From assembly GCA_050613775.1 (NCBI GenBank), contig JBODTK010000139.1:62001-126000 (forward strand): a DNA stretch of 64,000 nucleotides, read 5' to 3'. Shown piece by piece: positions 11,340 to 23,997 of this stretch (its first letter is position 1; each line of letters begins with the position of its first letter). The notes under the pieces are model-generated. The model worked only from the letters and a program-made list of their open reading frames with translations, did not search any database and was not told the DNA's origin. This DNA is from Neocallimastix sp. 'constans' (taxonomy: Eukaryota). Position numbers and translations under genes: made by a program.

Positions 11340-13990
11340 CTAATGGTTGACGACGTTACCAATGAATTGGCTATAACTAAAATCTTGGTAATCCTCTAGC
11401 AATTCTGTAGAGTGAGGATTGTCATCGATCACCCATTCTTGCTCTTGTTTATCGTTCTAGTACGCAACCAGATATTGATACTGTCCTCCAAGGATATGAA
11501 TTATCTTTTGGTTACCTGCAGGAGCTGGTACTAATGTTTTAGGTTGTTTGTAGAATGGTTCCAATTCGCTTACATGGAACACTGGATACATATTAGGAAA
11601 TGGCGAACGACTGATATCTAGCCTGTAGTTTTTCTTTTCTTCTTCGACGCCTACTACCTTGAACGGTACGTACTTCCTTGTGGTTAACTTGTAAAATGGT
11701 AAGGCATCATAGCTTTCAGGTTTCTTTTGCCATACTTTATCCAGTAACCTATTCCTGGGATAATTGTCCGTTCTTGATTAATCTATATTGTCCAAGTATC
11801 TGGTTTGGGCGATTTCTAGGATATGTTTGAGGTTGCCTAAGTTATGCGCAAAGCTATCTATCATCTTTGCTTCGCCTAACGAGTGTACTATGTCTGCTGT
11901 TTATGGGGAATTATGTACCTGGTAGTTATACAAGGTAAGGAAAGGAGATTGTTGGGTAGAAGCGTGGATTGAATTGTTGTAGCAGAACTTTGCTAAGAAC
12001 AAGTTATCCATCCAGCCTTCATCATCATAGGTTTCCACAAAGCACCATAAGTTTCTACGTAGGCATTGTTCCTTTCGACTTGACCTACTGTTTCATGGTG
12101 AAGGTGGTAGCGTAGTTTACTTCTGTTCCGAAGAACTCTAGTAGCTCCTTCCATACTTGACTTGTAAACTGGGTACCTCAATCGGTTGTAACAACCTTAG
12201 GGAATCCGTGCAACCTATAAATTTCCTTTAGGAATACGTCAGCAGTCTCGTTAGCGTAGTGCACATATTTAAATCCTATCAATTGTATCATCTTGGTTAA
12301 TTTATTAAAGCACACTAAGATTCAACCTACTCTTTTCGTTTCCCAAGCGTAACCATTATCCGTTCTTATCCTTCACTGGTAGATCTGTAATAAAATCTAG
12401 TTGTACCTCTTGCCAGGGTAATTAGCAACCGGAACTCCTACTGCAGTACCATATTCTTTGTGTCTGTCATCCTTCTTGGTAGCGCAGGTTTTACAAGCTT
12501 TCACGAATCCTGAAATATCTTTTCTCATCTTCGGCCAGTAGAAATTCCTAGATACTAGGTCGGAAGTCTTATCAATCCCTAAATGTTGTGCGTATTCTGA
12601 ATCATGATTAAATTGAATAATTGTCTTCCTGAACGTTGTGGGCACGTAAACTTGTTCAGGGTTTTCTTTTTAAACCAGAAGACCATCTACTTCTAGCCAA
12701 TGCTTCTTGTTATAGTTGTTTCTGGTGTCTTCCGATTTGTCTTTTATTATCTCTTGGGTCATTTTATCCGGTCTATAGGCCTACTTAATATCATCCATGA
12801 AATTTGTAGCTAAGGCTATATAACTAGCTTCTCCATCTACATCATCAAATCCTACCAATTGATCGGGTTTCAATAGTCTATCTTTATCAAATTCTTAACC
12901 CTCAGTTTTCTCCATTTCTACTCTTGAGAGGGCGTCAGCGTTTCCATTCCTCTTCCCAGGTCTGTATACTATTTCAAACCAATAAGTGGAGAATAGTTCT
13001 TGCCATCTAATTTGCCTAGGAGTTAATAGTTGTGGTTTCGTAGCGAACAACAGATTCCTGTGGTCACAATAAACAATAATCTTATACTTCTCACCTTGAA
13101 GCAAGTGTCGCCATTCTGTAAAAGAAATCTTAATGGCTAATAATTCTTTTTCTTTAATCGAGTAATTTACTTCAGCCTTGCTGAGTGTCTTTGAGTAGTA
13201 ATATATAGGGTGAAGAGTACCATCGTCTCCTTTTTGTGATAGCATACCTCCTATAGAGTAATTACTAGCATCGCATTCAACAAAGAACTGTTTCTTGTGG
13301 TCAGGATACTCTAGCACTGATGGAGAGGTAAGCATTTCCTTTAGCTTGTGAAACGCGGCCAATCCTTCTTCATTCCATTTAAATTTCTTTTTCTTAGAAG
13401 TCATTTTAAATAGCGGCTTGGCTATTTCTGAAAAGTTCTTTATAAAGTACCTGTAATAATTGCAAAAACCTAAGAAGCTTTGCATCTGCTTGAAATATTC
13501 TATTTGTGGCCATTCAGCCACGACCTTGATCTTTTCTGAGTCAGTTTCTACATCATCTTTACTAACCACATGGCCTAAAAATGAAATCCTAAGCTTGTGT
13601 AGCTCACACTTGGACATCTTAGCTACAAGCTTATTTTGTATTAGCTTCTTTAAAATCGTTCGAACATGCTCTACATGTTCCTCCAAAGTTTTAGAATATA
13701 CGACTATATCATCTAGGTAAACCTGACAGTACTTGACAATATCTTCGCTAAAGATATCATTTACGAAGCTCTGAAACACGGCTGGTGAATTGGTTAAATC
13801 AAAAGGCATTACCAAATGCTCAAAGTGTTCGAACTTGGTATTGAAGGCTGTCTTATACTCTTCACCTTCGCGTATTAAAACCAAGTTATAGGCAGATTTG
13901 AGATCAAACTTAGAGAACACTACTGTTCCATTCATGGCTTCAAATACTGCACTAATTCTTTGGATGGATTATTTTGATCTATGATCCAGT
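11340..13990 (-). pseudogene. pol: Family A gypsy pol (RT, RNase H, integrase, chromodomain-like tail), disrupted; protease region deleted
   Basis: ORF 12895-13935 has FSKFDLKSAYN, YLDD and ECDASNYSIGG. HHCC lies in 12397-12645. Integrase is broken by stops and frameshifts. Confidence 0.95.
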
Positions 13991-14100
13991 ATCTTACAGC
14001 ACATTTAAATCTTGGAGCCGCTCTTTAGTACGAAGATTACTTATTTTGGATTCTGGCACAAATTCTTCTCACTCAGACCCATCTTACATCTATCTTACAT

Positions 14101-14520
14101 CTAGAGTGCTGTCTTAGGAATCGGATTATTACTACTGGTACCTGAGTCCTTGTAATAGTTTTGCTTCTCGCTTTGTCTCGTACAGAAATCCTTACCACTA
14201 TTGTGGTTATAATCATCTTTCTTAGTTTTATCATAAGTATTTTGTATGTTAGACCCTTTCCTACTAAAATCTCTTTTATCGCCTCGGCTATTGTCGCTGT
14301 TACTCCTTCTCTTGGCTTCTATATCCTTGGAGGGTCTTCGTGAGTCCATCATTCCTAGCAGAGCCATGATGGCTATCTTCCTCTCGTGGTCGTACTCATA
14401 TCTTTCTAGGTAGTCATCTTTATAATTCGTGGGGAACGTATCGCATCTTCTTACGCATCCTACATAATCTTCTAAGGTCTGCTTTTCTGTAGACAAATCG
14501 TAAAAGGCTTCAAGAACCGA
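14101..14520 (-). pseudogene. gag: Probable family A gag fragment
   Basis: 131-aa ORF directly upstream of pol on the same strand with a charged, low-complexity C-terminus; identified by position only. Confidence 0.6.
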
Positions 14521-14989
14521 GGTGGTAGACTCGGGGTTATTACGTCTAACTTTGAAATCAAGCAGGGGGGAACGGGGATTACCCTGCTTTGATTTTAAAT
14601 TATAAAAAATTTGTTTTATTAAAATTTTATTTATTATTTATTAATATAAAAAAATTTATTTCGAATACATATATTTAATTTTTAAGAAATTTTTACAATA
14701 TTTATATTTTTTTATAAATTTAAAGTATAATTATTTGTTTATAATTTAAGTAATTTTATAGAATTATTGAATTAATTTGATATCAATAATTCATTTTTGT
14801 TTTGATTTTTATAAATATAATAATATAATATTTAAATATAACTTAATTAGAAATAATTATAAAATAAATATATAGAAAATAGCTTTTACTATTTTCTTTG
14901 ATATTTTAAGTTAAATAAAATGTTTTTAAAGATTAATATAATAAATTTAATAATCTTTAATTATTTTAAATAATATTTGTAATTATTTT

Positions 14990-15210
14990 CAAAAAATAAA
15001 ATAAAATTTTTATAATATTTAATTAATAATTTTAATAGTAAATTTTATAATAATTTTTATAATAATATTTAATTAATAGTTTTAATAATTTTATAATAAT
15101 TTTATAATAATATTTAAATAATAGTTTTAATAGTTTTATAATAATATTTAATTAATAGTTTTAATAATTTTATAATAATTTTATAATAATATTTAATTAA
15201 TAAATTTAAT
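14990..15210. repeat. AT-only tandem repeat (TTTTATAATAATATTTAATTAATAGTTTTAATAA-like) inside an E-related LTR that starts at ~15468 on the minus strand
   Basis: Direct inspection; LTR start TGGTAAAGAATG follows the purine tract AGAGGGGGCA. Confidence 0.6.
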
Positions 15211-15490
15211 AATTCAAAATATCTTAAAAGTATATAATTTTTAATATTTATAATAATATTAATATATATATATGTTTAATAATATACAACAAATTAATTA
15301 ATTAAGATTGATTTAATATTATTTACAAGTTAAATTTAATTTATATTAAAATAAATTATTTTTACAATGAGGTTTAGGTTATGAAGAATATAGGAAAAAA
15401 CACTTAATTAAAGAATAATTAATAATATTTTATAACGAAATAAATATTATTAATTCATTCTTTACCATGATGCCCCCTCTAAAACTCAAG

Positions 15491-17135
15491 CTACATCGAA
15501 GCTGAGTTATACTTGACTATATTCTTCAAATGAACATTCCTATTCATTTGAATTCCAGAATTTGGATCAGCCAAGGTAACCGTATTAAATTGTTTTTTTA
15601 TAATTTTAAGAGGACCAACAAAATAAGGTTCTAGTTTAGTTCTTGAAAAATTTCTAACTTGAACTAAATCACCTTCCCTAATTCTTTTTCCTTAATTCAA
15701 ACTATTCTTTTCCTCTTTTCAAGCAGCCCAATACTTATTTGCATTTTTCACATTTTCAGCTGCTTCTAAAGTCCATCGGTAATGATTAATAAATTTTTCT
15801 AACAACACTTCATCCGATGCCTTATTAATATTCTTGGTAGGTCTAGCAGCTATATCAAAAGGCTGCTGATCTTCCCTACCATAAACCAACTCAAAACTTG
15901 AATGTTTTGTTACCTTATTTTTGGTAGTTCTAAGAGCCCATAAGGCGGATGGTAAAACTTCATTCCAATCCTTATTCTTAGAACCCAACAACCTCAATAA
16001 CTTTCCGATCTCTTTATTACGGTTTTCCGTAAGTCCATTACTTTCTGGATGATATGTGGAAATAAACTTCACATATACCTCGTAGAGATCTAAAAATATT
16101 TTCGTCATGTCCGAGGTGAACTGAACACCATTGTCAGTTGTTATTACCTATGGAACACCATGACGAGCAAACACATTAATTAAAAACTTAATCACATCCT
16201 GTGATGTTATATTTTCTGTGGGTTCTGCTTCAACCCATTTGGTGAAGTAATCCACCACAACCATAATATATTGATTATTATTTTTAGTTTTAATCAAAGG
16301 TCCAATAATATCTAAACCCAAATGTATAAAAGGACCTTCTACTTTAGTTGGAATATTTTCTGTAGGTTCTGGATATGGTTGTGACCTATTCAACTGACAC
16401 TTGTCACAACTTTGCACCACTCTTTTAATATCCATCACCATATTATTCCAATAAAAACTTTTATGAAGCCTTTGATAAGTCTTATAATATCCCTCATGAC
16501 CTATCTTATGGGCTTCTAAAATAAGTTTTACTCTTTCCGTTTGATCAGTAATTAATTTACGATAGTCATTACCATCAACAAATAATCTTCACCATCTATC
16601 GTAACAAATTTTTCATTTATAAAGTCTTTAATAGTTTTAGAAAGCAACTCTTCTTCTTCCTTTGAAGTTAACTTAATTGCCAATACCACAGAATCATCCC
16701 TTTTCTTCATCCTAGATAATGCATCAGCTAACACATTTTTCTTACCCATTTGATATTGAATTTCAACACCAAGGGTACTAACAGTTAAGCACCACCTTGT
16801 TTGCCTAGCATTATTAGGTTCCTTATTTTAAAGAAACTGATTAAAGGTTTATGATCTGTTATTACTACTGTTTTATTAGGATTTCCTAATATATAAGATT
16901 TCAACTTAGTAATACAATAAATTAATGCAGCTCCTCCAAGTCAGTAATGCCATAATTTTTCTCGGCTTTACTTAAACTTCTACTTATATAATGAACTGGA
17001 TGTTCCTTTTTAGTTTCTAAATCTTCTTGGAGTAATACTCCTCCAATACCTTCATAGGAAGCATCCGTTCTAATTATAAACCTTTGATTAAAACTTGGAT
17101 ATTTTAAAATTGGAGCATTTATTAATTTTTCTTTT
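15491..17135 (-). pseudogene. pol: Gypsy pol fragment (RNase H and integrase) of the E-LTR lineage, second diverged copy
   Basis: ORFs 16922-17149 (RTDASYEGIGG), 16148-16441 (CDKC, LDIIGP, VDYFTKW) and 15719-16108 (YHPESNGLTE); paralogue of 6834-8275. Confidence 0.92.
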
Positions 17136-17257
17136 AAATACGTATTCAAATTATTGGATATTTTACACCATGTATCTGTTGCACTGTAATAATTTCTACA
17201 AAAATATAGAAATTATTATCTCTATTAATATTAATATTAATATTAATTAGAACAAAA

Positions 17258-17710
17258 AAAAAAAAAAAACATAGACTTGCACATATGGGTACCCATCTCC
17301 CATATGGCCATACAGTTATAAATTAACTGTAAGGTGATGAGTTATTGGCATACTGTATCAGCTTCGCTGCTCTCAATCGTCGCTACACACTGCCCGGAGA
17401 TGCATTCCTAACGTTCCTACATATATCTCTAATGACCACGAGCATCAGAACGGAATCATTAACACCTCCCTAGTGGGTGTAATCATTGGCTATTGGAAAT
17501 TTACAATCATCAAGGTCTATGCTTCAATTCAAAGCGTAGTATCAGGGTTAGGTGAAATAATCATTTGAGGGAAATCCTTATGAACATCACGTGTGGTCTC
17601 ATGATGTCCCAGGATAGAAACCTCATCCGATTATTTGGAGCCATGCCGAGGATTCGAACCCCGCCCTCTACAGTAACCTGTATCGTCCTAATCGACTGGA
17701 CCAACATGAC
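17258..17710 (-). mobile_element. tRNA-derived SINE of ~450 bp with an oligo(T) tail
   Basis: 14-bp TSD TAATTAGAACAAAA (17244-17257 and 17711-17724). The 5' head (17636-17710) folds as a cloverleaf: acceptor GTCATGT/GCATGGC, D stem GTCC/GGAC, T arm CGGGG-TTCGAAT-CCTCG, followed by an encoded CCA. The body is GC-rich with hairpins. Confidence 0.85.
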
Positions 17711-17739
17711 TAATTAGAACAAAATAAAATAATAATTTA

Positions 17740-18608
17740 TGTAAAATATTTAATAATTTGAATACGTATTTAAATGTAAATTATTGTAAATTATTGTGGA
17801 TAAAAATGTTTTCCAAATTTTTAATATAAATTTAAATGTATTCCAAATTATTAATTTAAATAATTTTCTCAAAAATATATGACTAAATTATTTGGAGAAT
17901 TTACATCATTATTACTCACTTTGAATCATGAAACTTTGTAAATTAAAAATAATTAGTCATAAATTAGTTAAATTAAAATAATCAAAGAAAAATTGCCTTT
18001 TTCGTTTGTTTACAAAAACTTGCCGTTTTGTTTATTTATTTTAGAAATATTAGTTTTAAATAGTTTTTATATTAAAATAATTCATAAAATTTCATGTAAT
18101 TTATTATTAAATGTAATTACAAATATATAATAATATTTTACTTAGTTTATTACAATTTATTCAATTTAAATTTTAATTTTCAAAAAGTATAAAAAGAGTT
18201 AATTTTCAACTATTGAACGATAGTAGGAAAATAGTATAGAAAAGTACGGTATAGTATAGTATAGATAGTATAGATTTTATATTTTATTAATTAGTATTAT
18301 AACTATTATTAGAATAGTTATTTTTTATAAAACAATTTTATTTTAAATTTTATTTTAAAAATCTTAACTGCTAGTAGGCATTCCGGTAAAGGACCCTTCG
18401 GTGCCCAGTTAAGTGATTGTTGATTTTTAGAATAGTTAAATTCGATAAATAAGAAATATTAATAAAAGGATTTTTTATAAAACAAAAAATTTAATTAGCT
18501 TTTAGTTTTAGTGTTTTCGTTAATAATTAATTATAGTGTTAATATAATAAAATTGTGTAAAATAAAATAGTCTGTCCACACCGACCTAAGCTATTAGTTT
18601 ATTTTACA
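17740..18608. mobile_element. Family D solo LTR
   Basis: TGTAAAATA...TATTTTACA termini; TSD ATTTA (17735-17739 and 18609-18613); near-identical inverted copy at 36654-37515. Confidence 0.92.
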
Positions 18609-19363
18609 ATTTAAATACTTATCTTAAGAGAGAGTTTATTATAAGAAACTATAATAAACTTAGAAACACTAAATGTGAAAGGTAAAATAAAAAAAATATG
18701 TTTTATGATAATTTATTAATATGTTTTATTATTAAAATATTTTATATTTTTATTATAAATTTTATTTTAAAAATTATTATAAAGTTTTTATTTAAGATTT
18801 AAATATTTTATTTAAAAATTATAAATATTTATAATTATTATTATTACAATTTCTTATAATAATAACTCTTGATTTCCCAAAGGAAACTCAAGAGTCCTTT
18901 TTATACTTTAAAAAAAAGAAATAAAAAATTTCTAATCTTAACAAAATACTTTTCAGGAAAAGATTAGTAGAAAAACCTGGAAAGATTTCAACCAATAATC
19001 TATACTTATTGGTAATCGTATTATTAAGTAAAACCATTTTTATGGAAAAACCTTAATAACCGATTTTCTAAATTACGTAAGTTAAACGGTTAAATTAATT
19101 CACATTTTAACAATTTAACCGAATTAACTTAAGAATAAAATAAAATTAAGAAAAATACAGAATTAAATACAGAAATAAATATAGAAATACATACAAAATA
19201 AATACAAAATAAATTTAGTAAAATTTAATACATAATTTAATAAAATTTGCTACTATTAATAATTAATTATTTATAAAATTAAGTAAACTTAATAATTATT
19301 TTATAATTATTAAGGATTAAGAAATATAGACTTATAACAATAAGTCTAATTTCTTACATGCAC

Positions 19364-20522
19364 TGTAAGAAATTTAGATAAATTTATTATAAAATTTATC
19401 TATCTTTCTTATTTAATACATTAATTTAATACATTAAATTATTGTATTTATTTTAACCAATTATATTTAATTATTAATTTATATATATTTGATTCTCTTG
19501 AGTTCTCTTCGAGAAATCAAGAGTTATTATTTTAGAATTTTTATAATAAATAATAATTCAAATATAATAATTAATTAATAAACAAAAACCTTTTTAATAA
19601 AACATATTTTATAAATATTTGTGTCTTTTATTCCTTTTGTGTTATTGTTTATTATAAACTTTCTATAATAAACTCTATCTTATATTTAAGTTAAGTATAA
19701 TTATTTATTTATATTATTTTATATTTATTTAATTATATTTAATTTTATTTTCTCAAATTAATGTTAATTAGTAATAATTAATGTTAATTTGTGTTAAAGT
19801 TTTTAGATAATTTGGATTTAACGATTAGGTCAAGATGCCAAATTATAGTAATTAATTAATAATTGAATTTATTCTTATTTAAAACATATTGTTATTAGTA
19901 AATTTTATTATTAAGTTTTTGTTTAAAGTATAAATTTTATTTAATTTTAATAATATTTTATTACATTATTATTTTATATAATTATTACTATAATTTAAAT
20001 TACAATAATCCTACAAAGGATTATCAAAAGATTTAAACATGTATTTATATAAAATAATTAATTATCAAAATATTAATTATTAATATGAATATGTAATAGT
20101 ATTAATATAAGTTTGATATTGATAATATAAACTAAGATAATAATATAAATATTTAATATAAATTAAATATAAGAATCTAATATAGCTAAATATTATATTT
20201 TATAATTAAAATATAATATGTAAAAATTCTGATAATAAATTAATATAAAAATTAATTTAATATGACAATCACGTGTATACATTATTTAATATATATTAAT
20301 TTCAATATGTTAATAATATTTAGTAATTGGTTGGCCTAGACTAATTCCTAAATATTTTAATAAAGTTAATTTAATAATATTTATTATATATTATTATTCA
20401 TTAATATTGAAATTCAAATAACTGAATTATTGAAATTGAAATTGAATTGAAATTCAGTTATTATCTTAACAATTTGTAGTTATGAAATTATTTATAATTA
20501 ATTTTATAAGTAATTTCTTACA
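19364..20522. mobile_element. Composite of C-type and G-type LTR pieces
   Basis: TGTAAGAA...TTCTTACA ends flanked by TGCAC/TGTAC; contains the family C hairpin CTCTTGA..TCAAGAG (~19495-19523) and the family G block. Confidence 0.55.
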
Positions 20523-20528
20523 TGTACA

Positions 20529-20822
20529 TGTTAAGGTTTTAGAGAATTAAATAAAAATAAAAGACACACAAATTTTATTTATTTGTTTATTATTTTTATT
20601 TATTAATTTTATTAATTGATTGATTTTTGATTTTTAAAAATTGGTAGCAAAATTTACAACTATTTATACTTTTTTCAAGGCATAAAAGTTGTTCTTGACA
20701 CTAAATTACATTTTATTTAATTTTTTTTTTATAAAAACTATTAAATTTAAATTGAATTTTATAATCAATTATATAAAATTTAATTATAACAATATAAATA
20801 AAATACATTTATAATATTAATA

Positions 20823-20861
<39 letters not shown>

Positions 20862-21353
20862 ATCTATCTAAAATATTACTAATAAGAACTTATTTAATTG
20901 GCTATAATTTTTATTACAATCTGTTAAAATATTCAAATAGAAATAAAAAATACTATTCTAATATAAAGGTTTTTAATAAAATAAAATATTTTTCAATATA
21001 AAATAAAACATTTCGATATAAAATTTTATAATAAAAGTTAAAATATAATATATAAATTTTTAATTATCAATATATAAAAATATTATTAATACAAATTTTT
21101 ATTATTAATATAAAATTAAAAAAAGAATAAGATTTATTATTAATATTGCTAATATAAGTTTTAAATATATAAAAATATTACTATTAATATAAGATTTAAT
21201 ATAAAAATATAAAGTTTAATATAATTTTTGATTTAATTTTTGATCTTTGGATTTAAAAATTTATTAAAGTACAAAAATAATAATGTACACATAATGTATT
21301 AGAAATAAATCGTAGATTTAATTAAGAATGCATTATTTGGTACATTCTTATCA
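20529..21353 (-). mobile_element. Family E LTR (full length)
   Basis: Minus strand TGATAAGAATG...AACCTTAACA; near-identical to 31443-32200, including the long homopolymer run. Confidence 0.85.
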
Positions 21354-21356
21354 TAC

Positions 21357-22234
21357 TATAATAATTCTATTAAGAACTAACTCAAAATAGAATTATTAAC
21401 TACAACTTAACGACTAATTCATTAAATTGAGAAAATAAAATAAAATAAAATTTTTTTTTTACCTAGAGAGTTTATTATAAAATTAATTATAATAATAACA
21501 CGAAACACGAAAGCAAAAGAAGAATTATTTGTATAAATTTGATTTTAAAAAATGTTTTTTTGAATAAAATATTTTATTAATTTATTAAAGTTAAAAATAT
21601 AAAATTGTTACTATTATAACTATGTTTTTATAATAATAACTCTTGATTTCTCAAAGAGAACTCAAGAGCCTTATTTATATTTTTTTATGAAAATAAGGTT
21701 AAATAAGAAAGGGTTTTCTAATTTTAACAAATCTCTTATCTAGGAAAAGATTAGATAGAAAAACCTAGATAAGTTTTCGATCGATATTCTATCCATATCG
21801 ATCATCGCATTAATTAAGTAAAACCGATTACTTCTAAAAAGTAATTGGAAAAAATCTTAATTAACCGATTTTCCAATCTAATCTAATGATCGAAAATAAA
21901 AGAATAAAATAATAAAAGATATTTCGATCATATAATTTATCCTTATATAAAAATATAAAATTAAATAGTTAATAAAATACAGAATACATTATAAAATACA
22001 GAATACAATACAATACAGAATACAATACAATACAGAATACATTAGTTACAGTAGAGAAATTAATATATTGTAAATATATTATTTAAAATAATTAAATAAA
22101 TTTTGTTAAATTAATGAATATTTAAAAATAAATTTAATGAATAAATATTATATGTAATTAAATAAAGTTATAGTTATAATAACTTAACTAAGAAAATATA
22201 ATTATTTGTTAGCAAATAATTATAGATTCTTACA
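21357..22234 (-). mobile_element. Family C solo LTR
   Basis: Minus-strand start TGTAAGAATCTATA as at 32207 and 36636; structured cassette at ~21638-21935; TSD imperfect. Confidence 0.8.
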
Positions 22235-22259
22235 CAAAATGTTAGGATCAACTGGAATT

Positions 22260-23290
22260 GTACCAAAAAAAAAAAAATTTTTCAAATTTTTTTTTTTTAT
22301 TTTTTAATTTTTCTTGCCATTTTCTTTCTTCCAATTTTCGTTATATTCTTCAGTAGCTTCAATATCTTCACTAGTTACTTCAACTATGAACTTTAAAACT
22401 TCTTTTTCTTCTTTTATATAGAAACTAATTTTTTTTTATTTCTTCATATAATAATTTCTTATTCAATTAATTTAAAAATTATTATATAACATATTTTTAA
22501 GGTTATATTTAATATATATATTTTAACTCCCTTTTTTTTTATATATAAAAAGAATTTTTTTTTTCCTTATTTCATCATAATCATTATTACTAATGTTCAA
22601 ATTATCCTCTTATTTATTATATTCTTCTTGTTTTAAAGTTATTATTTCATTAAATTCTTTAATTCTATTTTCACTTTGTTTTAATAAATTCTTTAAATAA
22701 GTGATATTAGTATCATATTTAAACTTCAATAATTCGATTTGTGCATTTCAATTAGATTTTTCATTTAGTATATTCATTAATTTATATTTTATTTTTATAT
22801 TTGATTATATTTTATTGGCCTATTCTTTTTTTTTTAAATTACTACTTTACCAAGTTTCAAAAATTCAATTTCACAATTTAATTCCTTGATTTTCTTGGTA
22901 TGTGAAGAACTGTTCAATTCATTTTTTTTTTGTAATATTTTCTTTCCAAGTATTGAATTGCTTTCTTCCTGAATTACAAATATTTATGGTGTCTTCATAG
23001 AGATTTTGCTTGCTAATATTTTCTCTTTTGTTTTTTTATAATTTGAATAACATTATCTTTTTTTTTAAAATTATCTTTCTTTAGTCCACTTATTTAATCT
23101 TTCAAATCAATTATTCTTTGCTTTAATAATTCTTCATTTAATGTAACATCTGGAACTTATTCTTCTTATATTTTGTTTAATTCTTGTAAATGCTTAATGT
23201 AATTATATAATTTATTAAATTCCTCAATTGGAATTTTATTATCGATTATAAAAAAAAAATATAATTTATTATGTTCTAATAATTTTCAAT
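22260..23290 (-). pseudogene. Decayed K/E-rich coding remnant, possibly gag
   Basis: Minus-strand fragments EEKEVLKFIVEVTSEDIEATEEYNENWKKENGK and VPDVTLNEELLKQRII; many frameshifts. Confidence 0.35.
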
Positions 23291-23997
23291 TAATGTAATT
23301 ATTTTAACAATAATTAATATAATAAATATCACTATTTCTTTAAAATATTTAGTAAATTATTATTATTATTAATTTTTTTTTATAACTTCTTCAAAATTTG
23401 TAATATTTTAAGTATTAATTTTATATTATAACTAAATATAAATTATTTTAAATTAAAATTTTAAAATTATTCAATGCTTATTATATTGGAACTACCGCAG
23501 TAAACCAATATATTGTTAACTTTCTTCAAGTTCGAAAATCCTTTTTCGACACCCAAGAAAGTTTTTAAATGATTTTTATTTATTTATTCCTTCAAGTTCG
23601 GCATTCTCTGTCTGACATTTAAGGATTAAAAAAAAAAAATTATTATACTTACCTTCAGGCTCAGCACTCTCTGGCTGACCACCTAAGGATTTTTTTTAAA
23701 ATAAAAAAAAAAAATATTATTTGTTAGGCTCGAAATTCTCTTCGACCACCTAACTAAAAAAAATTAATTATTATATTGAATTCATTTTAAAATAATTCAA
23801 TTTTTAACAATTTAATTTTAAATTTATATATATTATTTTTACTTAAATTATTACTAAAATTTTATAATTAAATTTATAATTTCTTTGTATTACTATTATG
23901 ATCATTGATTTTTATATTATATTTTATTCTATTATTTTTAATTAAATTATTAAAAATTTAATTAAAAATATCATTATTATTCTATTCTTTATCATAC

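Larger units (their letters stand above)
17185..19358 (-). mobile_element. Family C solo LTR carrying a nested SINE and a family D LTR
   Basis: TGTAAT...CTTACA termini with perfect TSD TGCAC (17180-17184 and 19359-19363); structured cassette at ~18862-19120. Confidence 0.8.

Noticed and set aside
17636..17710. Functional tRNA gene
   Set aside because: The anticodon loop is only 4 nt, CCA is encoded, and the sequence is the head of a TSD-flanked insertion.
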